Positions 18,686 through 27,622 are shown, numbered from the stretch's first letter. The stretch is DNA of 53,965 nucleotides from a virus (IMGVR_UViG_3300034093_000924:1-53965), one strand, 5' to 3'. The notes: a model not told the origin generated them from the letters alone. Numbers and translations: made by a program.

Positions 18686-20647
18686 TTAATCCGTTTCAAC
18701 CAGCACCCAGTCGGCGGTTTCTGCGTTGTTCACCAATGCCCACGACGCTGTTTCTGCGTTGTTCACCAATGCCCACGACGCTGTTTCTGCATTGTTCACC
18801 AATGCCCACGACGCTGTTTCTGCATTGTTCACATTTTGCCAGTTTGCGGTCTGGCTGTCATCAACCAATTTCCAATTTACCGCAACTATAGTCCCAACCC
18901 CTCCCGTGGCTTGCACGCCAGTCAAGGCAACGGTTCTGACCCCATTGCTTATTGTGCCTATTGCCCCCGCCGCAGATACCCCCGTTATAGCAACCAGCTT
19001 TGTAAACTCAACTGCCCCAACTGCCCCGGAAGCGGCGACACCTGTAACGGCAACCAGTTTTGCAAACTCAACTACCCCAACTGCACCGGAAGCTGAATTG
19101 CCTGTAAGGGCGAGTGATGTGGCTGGGGCTACTGCCCCCAATAACCCAGAAGCTGATACCCCCGTTATAGCAACCAGCTTTGCAAACTCAACTGCCCCAA
19201 CCGCGCCTGCTGCCGATACTCCAGTGAGGGCCACTGTCTGAACAACCCCTACATTACCTACAAATCCGTTGGCAACGTCCCCATCTTCACCCTCTGAGGT
19301 GCTGGGAGCCATTGTCTCAACCGCACCAGAAGCGGATACGCCTATGAGCGCAATTGATGTAGCGCCCCTAGACACTGTGCCAACCGCACCAGAAGCAAAA
19401 TTGCCTGTCAGAGCAACCGTTGTGCTGGGAGTTACTGTCCCCAACAAACCAGATGCAGACACCCCGGTAAGAGCCAGCGACCTCTCAGCAACCGTTACCG
19501 CTCCGACAGAACCCGATGCCGCCACACCTGTCAAAGCAAGAGCTGTCGCACCCCTGGAAACCGTGCCAACCGACCCTGTAGCCAATACCCCAGTAAGGGC
19601 AATCGTTGTGCTGGGAGCTACTGTCCCAAGCAGTCCTGATGCTGCATTGCCCGTCAAGGCAAGCGATGTAGCGCCTCTGGAAACCGTCCCAACTGCACCA
19701 GAAGCCGACACCCCGGTCAATGCAATCGTTGTGCTGGGTGCTGCGGTTCCGACAAAACCAAAGGCTACATCACCATCCTCACCTTCGGAACTACTGGGAG
19801 CAACTATGCCCACTGCACCTGAAGCCAAAACCCCGGTAAGGGCAAGTGATGTTGCACCCCTGGAAATTGTGCCAACTGACCCCGTAGCGGATACACCTGT
19901 AAGCGCGATTGATTGACTTGGGGTAACCGTACCAACAGAACCAGAAGCCGATACGCCCGTCAAAGCAAATGATCTTGCTCCAACAGCAACTGTCCCGGCA
20001 GAACCTGATGCTGATACGCCTGTAAGCGCAATTGTCGTACTGGAGGTTACTGTTCCAACAATACCTGTAGCCGATATGCCAGTGAGAGCGAGAGATGTGG
20101 CACCCCTGGAAACCGTGCCAACCGACCCTGTAGCCAATACCCCAGTAAGGGCAATCGTTGTGCTGGGAGCTACTGTACCGACCGACCCTGTAGCTGATAC
20201 CCCGGTGAGCGCAACTATAGTTGCTTGAGTTGCGGTAACTGTGCCAACAGAACCTGTGGCTGATACCCCCGTCAGAGCAATTGTTGTGCTGGGAGCTACT
20301 GTTCCAACTGCGCCAGAAGCAGCCACGCCTGTCAAAGCAACCGCATGACTAGGTGCTACCGTTCCAACTGCGCCAGAAGCAGTTGCGCCCGTAAGATCGA
20401 CGGAATGAGATGGCGTTGCTGTACCTACGCTACCTATCGCAGCATTGCCATCTTCTGCTGGGCTGTTTGTCTCTGTAACAGACCCAACACTACCTGTAGC
20501 CGATACCCCGGTTTTAGCAACCGATATGCTTGGCGTTGCTGTGCCTACCGCCCCGTTCGCGGCAACACCAGTTAAAGCAACCGTTACCGGCGATCCACCA
20601 GCAAGAGACGCAAACGGGACTTCGGCAAATGCGGCTATACCAAACAT
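18686..20647 (-). CDS. Repeat-rich virion structural/fibre protein (653 aa)
   Basis: More than 20 degenerate ~21-23-aa repeats (ALTGVSAxGxVGTV); MFGIAAFAEVPF N-terminus; Trp-containing C-terminal repeats. Confidence 0.75.
   Translation of the reverse strand: MFGIAAFAEVPFASLAGGSPVTVALTGVAANGAVGTATPSISVAKTGVSATGSVGSVTETNSPAEDGNAAIGSVGTATPSHSVDLTGATASGAVGTVAPSHAVALTGVAASGAVGTVAPSTTIALTGVSATGSVGTVTATQATIVALTGVSATGSVGTVAPSTTIALTGVLATGSVGTVSRGATSLALTGISATGIVGTVTSSTTIALTGVSASGSAGTVAVGARSFALTGVSASGSVGTVTPSQSIALTGVSATGSVGTISRGATSLALTGVLASGAVGIVAPSSSEGEDGDVAFGFVGTAAPSTTIALTGVSASGAVGTVSRGATSLALTGNAASGLLGTVAPSTTIALTGVLATGSVGTVSRGATALALTGVAASGSVGAVTVAERSLALTGVSASGLLGTVTPSTTVALTGNFASGAVGTVSRGATSIALIGVSASGAVETMAPSTSEGEDGDVANGFVGNVGVVQTVALTGVSAAGAVGAVEFAKLVAITGVSASGLLGAVAPATSLALTGNSASGAVGVVEFAKLVAVTGVAASGAVGAVEFTKLVAITGVSAAGAIGTISNGVRTVALTGVQATGGVGTIVAVNWKLVDDSQTANWQNVNNAETASWALVNNAETASWALVNNAETASWALVNNAETADWVLVETD
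18717..18832. repeat. 33-bp tandem repeat, ~3.5 copies, coding (WALVNNAETAS)
   Basis: gtttctgc(g/a)ttgttcaccaatgcccacgacgct repeated nearly identically. Confidence 0.9.
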
Positions 20648-20673
20648 GGCTTACGGCCTGCGCCGCCCCCGCA

Positions 20674-21165
20674 TTAAGTTGTGGCTAAGCGCAACAGAGC
20701 AGTCGAAGTCGTGTTGGAAGGCATCGTCAAGGTGAAAGTTCCCGCCGTGATTGTCTGTGAACCAAACGTGTGAACACTAACCGCCTTGTTGCTTTGAGTG
20801 GAGTTGTAGATCAACACTGCATCAAACGCCGTGGTCAAAGTCACTGTGGTATAGGTGATTGAAGCCGAAGGCGTAACAAAACCCACACCTGCCGTAGCAG
20901 AAGAGTTGGTTGACGTTGGCGTAGTTGTAGTTGTTACCGCAACACCGCCTGCCGTATAACCTGTACCAGACACTTCATTCGTAGCTGCGTAAGCCGTGGT
21001 AGAAGCATTAACAGTGGCTGACGTCAAATACAGTGCCGCTTTAAATGTATCCCCAGTTGGAGACGTCAAACTAGTGCGTGAAACAATAGTTGAAGCCCCA
21101 AACTGATGTTGGGCTGACATCAGTTCACCAAGGAACGATGTACACATTGATTGGGTGTTTGCCAT
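20674..21165 (-). CDS. Virion structural protein (paralogue of 21379..21801)
   Basis: FKAALY...NEVSGTGYTAGG...LIYN...FGS...TALLRL. Confidence 0.7.
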   Translation of the reverse strand: MANTQSMCTSFLGELMSAQHQFGASTIVSRTSLTSPTGDTFKAALYLTSATVNASTTAYAATNEVSGTGYTAGGVAVTTTTTPTSTNSSATAGVGFVTPSASITYTTVTLTTAFDAVLIYNSTQSNKAVSVHTFGSQTITAGTFTLTMPSNTTSTALLRLATT

Positions 21166-21174
21166 GATATTTCC

Positions 21175-21369
21175 TTATGTAAAAGAAGCGGTTTCGCCAC
21201 CAGCAAAAGTTGGCGGTTTTTTCAGAGTCACATGAGCAGAACGGTGAACCAATTCGCCTTCCAGCCAATACTCAACCCAAGAAGTTTGTTCGTTGTCATT
21301 ATCCACGGTTCCTTCCCGCTTTTCAAGCAGGGTGTCGTCCATGTCGCCTTTTGTCGTGGTTACTAGCAT
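21175..21369 (-). CDS. Hypothetical protein (64 aa)
   Basis: AAGGAG RBS; fills the gap between the two paralogues. Confidence 0.7.
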   Translation of the reverse strand: MLVTTTKGDMDDTLLEKREGTVDNDNEQTSWVEYWLEGELVHRSAHVTLKKPPTFAGGETASFT

Positions 21370-21378
21370 ATTTGCTCC

Positions 21379-21801
21379 TTAAACAAGTCGAATGAGTGCC
21401 GATGTGCTGGTGTTCGCAGGCATCGTCACGGGGAAAGTTGCGCTGGATGTTTTGTTAGACCCGAAGTCCAAGACGCACACAGCGCCGTTGGCCCCCGGAG
21501 TGTAAATCAACGCACCCCTGGCAGTGATTGCGCCCGTCCAAGACGGCGAAGAAAAGTTGATGAACACAATGCTTCCAGAAGAAGCAAGTTCGGTACCGAT
21601 GGTGGCTGTTACCACCAGACCGCCGGGGGCATAATTGCCGCCAGACGCCTCATCCGCCGAAGTGTATGCAGTGGTGTTCTGGTCAAGTGTGGCGGCATTG
21701 GTGTACAACGCCAAGTAAAACGTGTCCGACACAAAATTAATTGTGCCGTTCACCAGCCCTGACCGAAGTGTGTTGCAACTGTAGTTGCCCGTGAACGCCA
21801 T
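21379..21801 (-). CDS. Virion structural protein (paralogue of 20674..21165)
   Basis: FYLALY...DEASGGNYAPGG...LIY...DFGS...SALIRL. Confidence 0.7.
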   Translation of the reverse strand: MAFTGNYSCNTLRSGLVNGTINFVSDTFYLALYTNAATLDQNTTAYTSADEASGGNYAPGGLVVTATIGTELASSGSIVFINFSSPSWTGAITARGALIYTPGANGAVCVLDFGSNKTSSATFPVTMPANTSTSALIRLV

Positions 21802-22544
21802 CAGCGAACCCCACTATTCTGGGGCAGGGGCGATTGCCGATACTGCCCACTGCGGTACGCATCGCTACGCTCCAGCCCATCGCCCAGACGCTGTGCCAAT
21901 GCAAGCGCTTCCTTGTATTTGCCGTCATACAAAGCGATCAGGTCTTGCTCACCCTTCATGAAGGTGTACGCCTCAACCAAAGAACCATACAACAACACGC
22001 TGTCAAAGTTGTCACCAAGCCACGTTTGGCCAGAAGCCACTGTGGTGATGGATTCAGGGTAATAGTAGTAGTGCAACTCTACGTAGTATGTTGCATCCGG
22101 TGTAGGGCCAAGAATAAGAGACAACTCGTTTGTAATTGCCGAACTGACAATTGTTGGGCCAAACAAAGCGTAGTATTTTGGCTCTCCTGTGTCATTTGGA
22201 TTTGGGTATGCCTGACGGATGAAGTTCACATCTTTGTTGAGTAAATACTCATACGTGCCCGTATCTAAATTAGCGCCCGTAACACCTGTCACCAACGCCA
22301 AAGAATAAACAGACAAGAAGTCGTCGGGCAAAGACACGTACTTGTTGTTTATGGTGATTGGGGTGGATTGATTCTTACGCAGCGAGGGGAACTGCACCGA
22401 GTTGTATATACGTTGTTCAGCCTGCGTGATGCAAGTATTAATCTGTGTCGTTGCAGACACAGTACCCCCACTTGCAAGGTACACATCGGGAAACTGATTC
22501 TCGGTGTAGCTCTGAATTGTGTTGTACAACTCGGTGTAGTTCAT
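21801..22544 (-). CDS. Head-tail adaptor-like protein (P22 gp4 / T7 gp11 class)
   Basis: MNYTEL...AEQRI...LPDDF...PTPD...LLYGSLVEAY adaptor pattern; synteny. Confidence 0.65.
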   Translation of the reverse strand: MNYTELYNTIQSYTENQFPDVYLASGGTVSATTQINTCITQAEQRIYNSVQFPSLRKNQSTPITINNKYVSLPDDFLSVYSLALVTGVTGANLDTGTYEYLLNKDVNFIRQAYPNPNDTGEPKYYALFGPTIVSSAITNELSLILGPTPDATYYVELHYYYYPESITTVASGQTWLGDNFDSVLLYGSLVEAYTFMKGEQDLIALYDGKYKEALALAQRLGDGLERSDAYRSGQYRQSPLPQNSGVR

Positions 22545-22741
22545 GCCATCGGGCCTCTGGCCATCTTGCCTTTGGTCTGCGCTTTACCGCCGCGCACCAC
22601 GATACCCGAAGTTTTCATGGGTGGGTAGTCTTGGCTGCGTGTGTTGGCCACAGACACGTTTGCTTTGCGCATCGTCTCTTTGGCTGGCTCTTCGCCAACA
22701 ATTACGTTGGCTACTTTGGTTGGTTGCGTGTAGGTTGCCAT
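22541..22741 (-). CDS. Small basic protein (66 aa)
   Basis: GGAGG RBS before ATG 22741; C-terminal VRGGKAQTKGK motif. Confidence 0.65.
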   Translation of the reverse strand: MATYTQPTKVANVIVGEEPAKETMRKANVSVANTRSQDYPPMKTSGIVVRGGKAQTKGKMARGPMA

Positions 22742-22742
22742 A

Positions 22743-22934
22743 TCAGCCTCCACGACCAGGACTGCGCTGGTTCATGACCTTGGCCATGTTGCGCCCGTAT
22801 TTGAGCATATCGCCGTTGGTCTTGCCGCCAGCCTTAAGCTTGGTCATGGGCTTGCCAGGGTGCAGCTTTTTCTCATGCTTATGCACCGCGCCTGCGATCA
22901 TCTTCTTGTCTTGTGCCAAGTCTTTCTTGTCCAT
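22743..22934 (-). CDS. Small basic protein (63 aa)
   Basis: AAGGAG RBS; HKHEKKLHPG...LKAGG. Confidence 0.7.
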   Translation of the reverse strand: MDKKDLAQDKKMIAGAVHKHEKKLHPGKPMTKLKAGGKTNGDMLKYGRNMAKVMNQRSPGRGG

Positions 22935-22944
22935 CTTCGACTCC

Positions 22945-23373
22945 TTATGTCGTTACTACCGTAACTGTACCCAATTGCACGCCCAAAACCAAGTTATTTG
23001 GTGTTAAAGCGGCATCAAAAAATACTGAGCCCCCAACAGGAGTCCAGCCCCACTGAAAAATCCTGCTGCCCCCGCTGAGAATCCCTTGGGCGTCAGCCGC
23101 CGAACTGTTGGTCAGCTCAATTTGCAGACCTGTGCGACCAGACACTTTGTAGCTGATGTCGGGCCTTGGGTCTCGTATCCCCTGCGGGTCATCCACCGGG
23201 TACATACCCAGTTGCAACTGTGGCTGATCTGGGTCCCAGCACTGGGGGCACACCTTGAGATCATATACCTTGGTCTTGACAACTTCTTTGCGCAGCGTGG
23301 TCAACTTGAAGCGAAACCCGCAACGGTCACACTCCGCAATTGAGTTCTTGCCAGACGCAAACCTGTTACCCAT
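22945..23373 (-). CDS. Zinc-ribbon protein (142 aa)
   Basis: CDRC...CPQC followed by PQ...DPRPD. Confidence 0.7.
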   Translation of the reverse strand: MGNRFASGKNSIAECDRCGFRFKLTTLRKEVVKTKVYDLKVCPQCWDPDQPQLQLGMYPVDDPQGIRDPRPDISYKVSGRTGLQIELTNSSAADAQGILSGGSRIFQWGWTPVGGSVFFDAALTPNNLVLGVQLGTVTVVTT

Positions 23374-24311
23374 TACGTACCCCCAATGAACATCTGCCTG
23401 GGCACAAGCCGCAGGGACGCACGTTCTTGGTCTTCATCCGCAGCCGACATCCAGGCTTCGTCATACTGTTGTTTGAGCACGCCCAGGCGCTCCATGCCAC
23501 CAGGAATCTTGAGCGCAATGTAGTAGGCCAGTCCTGCTGCCATACATGGGATAAAGCGGAAGGGAACATCCATGACGTTCACGCCACCGCCAGCATCTTG
23601 CACCCGGCGCATGCGCCAGTAGACAAACTGGTAGGTCTGGGAGCCATCAGGTGTGGGCCACACAGTGACACGGGGGGTGTTGTTGACGCGGACGGGGTCG
23701 CTTGCAACGGGTGTCTGTTGGGTCGTGCCGTTTTGCGCACGAAACACGTTACTCAGGGTATTTCCTGAAATGTAGTTGTAAAACACAGTCTCTGTGCCAC
23801 CTGTGGCCACGATGTCCACGTACCCAATTGCGGGAAGCCCAACAACCGAACTCAACGTGATCGTTGCCGCAGTGAGGTCTTGGGACACAAACGTCGAAGC
23901 GGTGGTGGCCACCTGCCCGTCCAGGCGCTGATACCAGACCTGGATAGGCCGGGCTTGATTGAGCTTGTTGGGGATGGTTGCGTAGGTGGACACGCTGATG
24001 CGCGTGATGGTCAAGTCCGCTTGGTTGGACAGGATGTTGGCATTGGTGCGGATCACATGGTCAAGCAGATCAACGGTGTCCGTTGGAACGGCGTAGGTGT
24101 TCAGTCCTTGTGTCAGGGTAATCGTCCCCTGCTCAAACGTCCACATGTTGACGCCACGGTTGGCCCAGTCAGCAAACAGTAAGTTAAGGGACCGACGCGC
24201 TGTTCGCAGGTCATACCCCGTGCGCATTTCTGAACCCGCACGCTCGAACGCTTCCTCGACCAGCTCAGTGAGGTCAAGGTTAAAGCCTGATTGTCCAGAG
24301 GTAACTGCCAT
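23373..24311 (-). CDS. Second adaptor/tail tubular protein A-like (312 aa)
   Basis: EEAFERAG...ARRSLNLLFADWANRG...WPTPD...GLAYY adaptor-type architecture. Confidence 0.65.
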   Translation of the reverse strand: MAVTSGQSGFNLDLTELVEEAFERAGSEMRTGYDLRTARRSLNLLFADWANRGVNMWTFEQGTITLTQGLNTYAVPTDTVDLLDHVIRTNANILSNQADLTITRISVSTYATIPNKLNQARPIQVWYQRLDGQVATTASTFVSQDLTAATITLSSVVGLPAIGYVDIVATGGTETVFYNYISGNTLSNVFRAQNGTTQQTPVASDPVRVNNTPRVTVWPTPDGSQTYQFVYWRMRRVQDAGGGVNVMDVPFRFIPCMAAGLAYYIALKIPGGMERLGVLKQQYDEAWMSAADEDQERASLRLVPRQMFIGGT

Positions 24312-24313
24312 GA

Positions 24314-25492
24314 TTAAAAGCCCCCACGCCGTCCTTGCAACATCGACGCCAAGCCTTGCAGACCCATTTGACCGCCGTATCCACCACCGCCCATGCGTCC
24401 GCCGTAGCCGCCCCCACCACCGTAACCGCCACGACCCCCGCCGTATCCGCCACGACCACCGCCGTATCCGCCACGACCGCCAAAATCAGGCATGCCCATC
24501 CTGTTGTCTATACGGGGGCCGGGAAGCTGCCGTCGCATAAAGTCACCAATACCGATTTCTGAAGCCACCTGCTCTGAGCCGGGTTGCTGTGGCATTACAG
24601 CCGCCCGCATGTCCCCAAATGTTCCTGGTGGTGGTGGCATATCCACAGTCATACCGCGTCTAGCATCCTCTTGGGTAGCCTGCTGCCACGCGGACTGTAG
24701 CCGTGTTTGGTCTTGCATGTTCCGTTGTTGCTGCATCTGGTCAATGTTGCCGTATGGGTTTCCCATTTGTCCCATTTGTCCCATTTGTCCCATTTGTCCC
24801 ATTTGTCCCATTTGTCCCATTTGTCCTTGCTGGGGTTGGGCCATCCCCCGCATCTTGCCCTGCAAGTCTTGCATTTGCTGGAACATAGGGGCTTTTTGCA
24901 TGTACTCGTTCATCTGCCGCCCAAGGTCTTGCTCCTGCTTCTGGTACGCCTGGAAGTCAGGGTTGTCCATGTACGCAGGGCGCTGGCCCATTGGTTGCGG
25001 CATTTGCATTGGCGTTGGTTGGAAGGGCCCGTTTGGGTTTTGCAACTGTTGCTGCCCTTGCGGCTGACCAAAATTGTTTTTGTATGCCTCATAGCCTTTT
25101 TGGTCTTCTTGCAACTGTTGCTCACGAGAACGAAACTGCTGATCTTGCATACGTGGCGTCGCACGATACTGCTCAAAAGATTGGAGTTGATTGGGCTGTT
25201 GCTGCTGCTGAAATTGATTCATCCCATAGCCGGGACTTTGGTTAGGCCCCAGTTGCTGCCCACCAAACGGGTTCTGCATCTGCTGCATACCATACGGCTG
25301 TTGTTGCTGCATGCCAAATGGGCTTCCCCCTTGAAAGCCGCCCGCAGATGCGTTGCCCATGCCCCCACCAAAGTTGTTCATGTACGGCTGCGCGTAAGAG
25401 GGGACGCCCCCACCCGGCTGCGCCGATGCGTTGCCCATGGGTTGTTGCCCCATGCCGCCTGAACCGCCTGCACTTCCTGCTCCGCCTGCCAT
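24314..25492 (-). CDS. Low-complexity Gln/Gly/Met/Pro-rich protein with RGG repeats (392 aa)
   Basis: Start overlaps the upstream stop (TAATG) and the stop is 2 nt before the next ATG, so it fits the gene packing; contains (QMG)7 and GGRGGY repeats. Confidence 0.75.
   Translation of the reverse strand: MAGGAGSAGGSGGMGQQPMGNASAQPGGGVPSYAQPYMNNFGGGMGNASAGGFQGGSPFGMQQQQPYGMQQMQNPFGGQQLGPNQSPGYGMNQFQQQQQPNQLQSFEQYRATPRMQDQQFRSREQQLQEDQKGYEAYKNNFGQPQGQQQLQNPNGPFQPTPMQMPQPMGQRPAYMDNPDFQAYQKQEQDLGRQMNEYMQKAPMFQQMQDLQGKMRGMAQPQQGQMGQMGQMGQMGQMGQMGQMGNPYGNIDQMQQQRNMQDQTRLQSAWQQATQEDARRGMTVDMPPPPGTFGDMRAAVMPQQPGSEQVASEIGIGDFMRRQLPGPRIDNRMGMPDFGGRGGYGGGRGGYGGGRGGYGGGGGYGGRMGGGGYGGQMGLQGLASMLQGRRGGF
24762..24824. 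repeat. 9-bp perfect tandem repeat (cccatttgt)x7, coding QMG
   Basis: Directly visible in the sequence. Confidence 0.95.
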
Positions 25493-25725
25493 TATCGGTA
25501 CCCCGCTGTTTTCTTTGCGATGCTTTTGGGTTGCGCCACAAACTGTTTACCTGCCGCCTTACCTGCCCGTTTGGCTTTGGTGGTTGCTGCGTACTCAGAA
25601 GGACTGAGCGCCTTGATTGCCGCTTCTGGCAAGTACCGCTCACCCGTTTTTGACGAAGGCTTCCCCGACTTGGTGCGCCATTTCTGGTCACCCCAGTTTT
25701 TAAGGGAAGTCTGCGGTGCTTTCAC
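25492..25725 (-). CDS. Small basic protein resembling the C-terminal half of DUF5872-like proteins
   Basis: SLKNWGDQKWRTKSG...ERYLP...EYAATTKAKR...GKQF. Confidence 0.7.
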   Translation of the reverse strand: MKAPQTSLKNWGDQKWRTKSGKPSSKTGERYLPEAAIKALSPSEYAATTKAKRAGKAAGKQFVAQPKSIAKKTAGYR

Positions 25726-26027
25726 TTCATCACACCCCGCGTCTTACCGCGTTGCGCTATTCCGTCTGCACGTTTGGAAGCGGAGACCGTGCCGCCTTTT
25801 TTCATGCCACGAGTTTCGCGTTGCAATTCGGAAGCATACTCTTTAGCTTTAGCGTCAGGCAGTGTAAACCCCATAGTGTTGGTTTTGCCGTTCTTTGTTC
25901 GGTAGATATAACTATCCCCTGTTTTAACGCCAAAATTGTCGTCAACTGTCCCTTGACTATCCGCCCCGCCAAGCGATTCGGGCTCTGTGCTAAACCTAGC
26001 TTTACTGGATTTTTTCTTTTCAGTCAC
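25722..26027 (-). CDS. Small basic protein (101 aa, GTG start)
   Basis: GGAGGAGG RBS before GTG 26027; MKKGG and RADGIAQRGKTRG motifs. Confidence 0.65.
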   Translation of the reverse strand: MTEKKKSSKARFSTEPESLGGADSQGTVDDNFGVKTGDSYIYRTKNGKTNTMGFTLPDAKAKEYASELQRETRGMKKGGTVSASKRADGIAQRGKTRGVMK

Positions 26028-26295
26028 GATAACCTCCTCCAGCCGCCTTGTATTTCTTGGCGACAAGTTGTGCTTTACGGGCTGACCATTGGCCTGCACC
26101 CGTTCCGTGGGTTGCGGCTGCCTTCACCTGGGACACGATTTTCTTGCGAAGACCGGGCTTGGTGTAATTGCCAGCAGCATTGACTTTTCCACCTTCTTTG
26201 TACTCAGTGAAATCGGTGTCATCCCGGCGCTTTTTGCGCTTGGCTCCGGGCATTTTGGAGGGGTTGATGTCCCCCATCCCACGGCTGGCCATCAT
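26020..26295 (-). CDS. Small basic protein resembling the N-terminal half of DUF5872-like proteins
   Basis: YTKPGLRKKI...GQWSARKAQLVAKKYKAAGGGY. Confidence 0.7.
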   Translation of the reverse strand: MMASRGMGDINPSKMPGAKRKKRRDDTDFTEYKEGGKVNAAGNYTKPGLRKKIVSQVKAAATHGTGAGQWSARKAQLVAKKYKAAGGGYRD

Positions 26296-26296
26296 C

Positions 26297-26662
26297 TCAG
26301 CACTTGCCGCCGCGCTTCATGCCCAGGGGCGTGGAACCAGCCATCTTAATCATCGTGCCCTTGGTTTTACCCTTGGAAGCGATACCGTCACGGCTGGGAG
26401 CACCAGTCTTGACGCTACCCATTTTGGCGCTGGTCATGCCACCAGAAGCCATCTTCTTTGTGCCCATTGCTTTTTTCTTAGCAATCATTTCCATGAAAGG
26501 GTTTGCTTTAGCCATATCACCACCTCTTTTAAAAGACTTGCCTTTGTCGGCGTTGCTGAAATCTTTGCCCACAGACTGTGGGACCCCTACCTTCTTGGCA
26601 AACGATGGGTTGTTGGCCACCGCAGCCATGAAATTGTGCTGTTTTTTACTTGTTGACGGCAT
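26297..26662 (-). CDS. Small basic protein (121 aa)
   Basis: MPSTSKKQHNFMAAVA...; FKRGG, MASGG and MKRGG motifs; DGIASKGKTKG. Confidence 0.7.
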   Translation of the reverse strand: MPSTSKKQHNFMAAVANNPSFAKKVGVPQSVGKDFSNADKGKSFKRGGDMAKANPFMEMIAKKKAMGTKKMASGGMTSAKMGSVKTGAPSRDGIASKGKTKGTMIKMAGSTPLGMKRGGKC

Positions 26663-26858
26663 CGTCGGCCTTCTTGTTCCAGGGAAGCAAGTCAGAAAAC
26701 GATCTACCCGTGACCATTTCCGTAATCCGCATGGAAGTCCACACGATGGTCAAGACACCGCCGACCAGAGCAACAACAGGCGTGACAACCCCGAGGAAGC
26801 CCCCAAGGCCCATTACAACTGCCGCGCCGTCAACCATAGCCTTTGTGTCGTGGTTCAT
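26646..26858 (-). CDS. Small membrane protein (70 aa)
   Basis: Long hydrophobic stretch AAVVMGLGGFLGVVTPVVALVGGVLTIVW. Confidence 0.6.
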   Translation of the reverse strand: MNHDTKAMVDGAAVVMGLGGFLGVVTPVVALVGGVLTIVWTSMRITEMVTGRSFSDLLPWNKKADDAVNK

Positions 26859-26859
26859 G

Positions 26860-27114
26860 TCAGCACTTCCAAGCCCGCAGGCTCTTGTTAATCCGACTGT
26901 TTGGGTCTTTGGCTGTCTTCTCGGACGTGAGCTTTTTCTTCATCCCAGTCATCCTTGCACAGAAAGAGTCGCGCCTGCTGCCGCCCTCGGGCTGCGGTGC
27001 TTTCAACCCCGGCTTGCCGGGATTGGCTTTGTTGTAGGAAGCCCGACCCTTGGCGTTCAAGCCGCCCTTCTCGGATTTGCCTTCCTTGCGTTGCCATGCA
27101 GGTGACTTAGCCAT
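26860..27114 (-). CDS. Small basic protein, DUF6321-like (84 aa)
   Basis: GGLNAKGRASYN...RRDSFCARM...SRINKSLRAWKC; ATG 27114. Confidence 0.7.
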   Translation of the reverse strand: MAKSPAWQRKEGKSEKGGLNAKGRASYNKANPGKPGLKAPQPEGGSRRDSFCARMTGMKKKLTSEKTAKDPNSRINKSLRAWKC

Positions 27115-27622
27115 AGTAAATCTGCGACGCGTCAATACCGCTCATGTAGGAATAAATTCCATTTATTGCTAGTACGCCTTCGCCGGGAATAAGCGGAGCA
27201 TTTTGAAACTCGTCTGTTGCGTGGGTTTCATAGGTTAACAACCAACGATTTGCGCCACTGACATAAACCGCTGCTGGAGAACCTGTAATATTCCCAGTAT
27301 TGATGTCTACAAGCGTAAACGAATCCGCGTTGACTCTAGTAATAGAATAATTTCCATCAGTAGCAGCGCCACCTGAGCCACCCGCAAAATGTATACCTAC
27401 AACATCTCCAGTAGACAATCCGTGCGCCGTCTTAGCCACCGTCACGGTCGTGCCAGTGCGTCCATAAGTAACGCTTGAAGTTACTGGGGCTGTGGTTGAA
27501 TCAAACAATACAAGAGTGCCACTACCACCATAAAAAGAAACGCCTTTTACACGGTTGCGTCCAAGAACAAAAAAACCGCTTTGGTTTAAATGACCTTGTT
27601 TTACGTCAGTTTGCATCGTCAT
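27107..27622 (-). CDS. Virion-module beta-rich protein (171 aa)
   Basis: AAGGAG RBS; internal TAHGLSTGD beta insert. Confidence 0.7.
   Translation of the reverse strand: MTMQTDVKQGHLNQSGFFVLGRNRVKGVSFYGGSGTLVLFDSTTAPVTSSVTYGRTGTTVTVAKTAHGLSTGDVVGIHFAGGSGGAATDGNYSITRVNADSFTLVDINTGNITGSPAAVYVSGANRWLLTYETHATDEFQNAPLIPGEGVLAINGIYSYMSGIDASQIYYG

Noticed and set aside
18717-18832. 33-bp repeats as a possible CRISPR array
   Set aside because: No spacers; in-frame coding tandem repeat.
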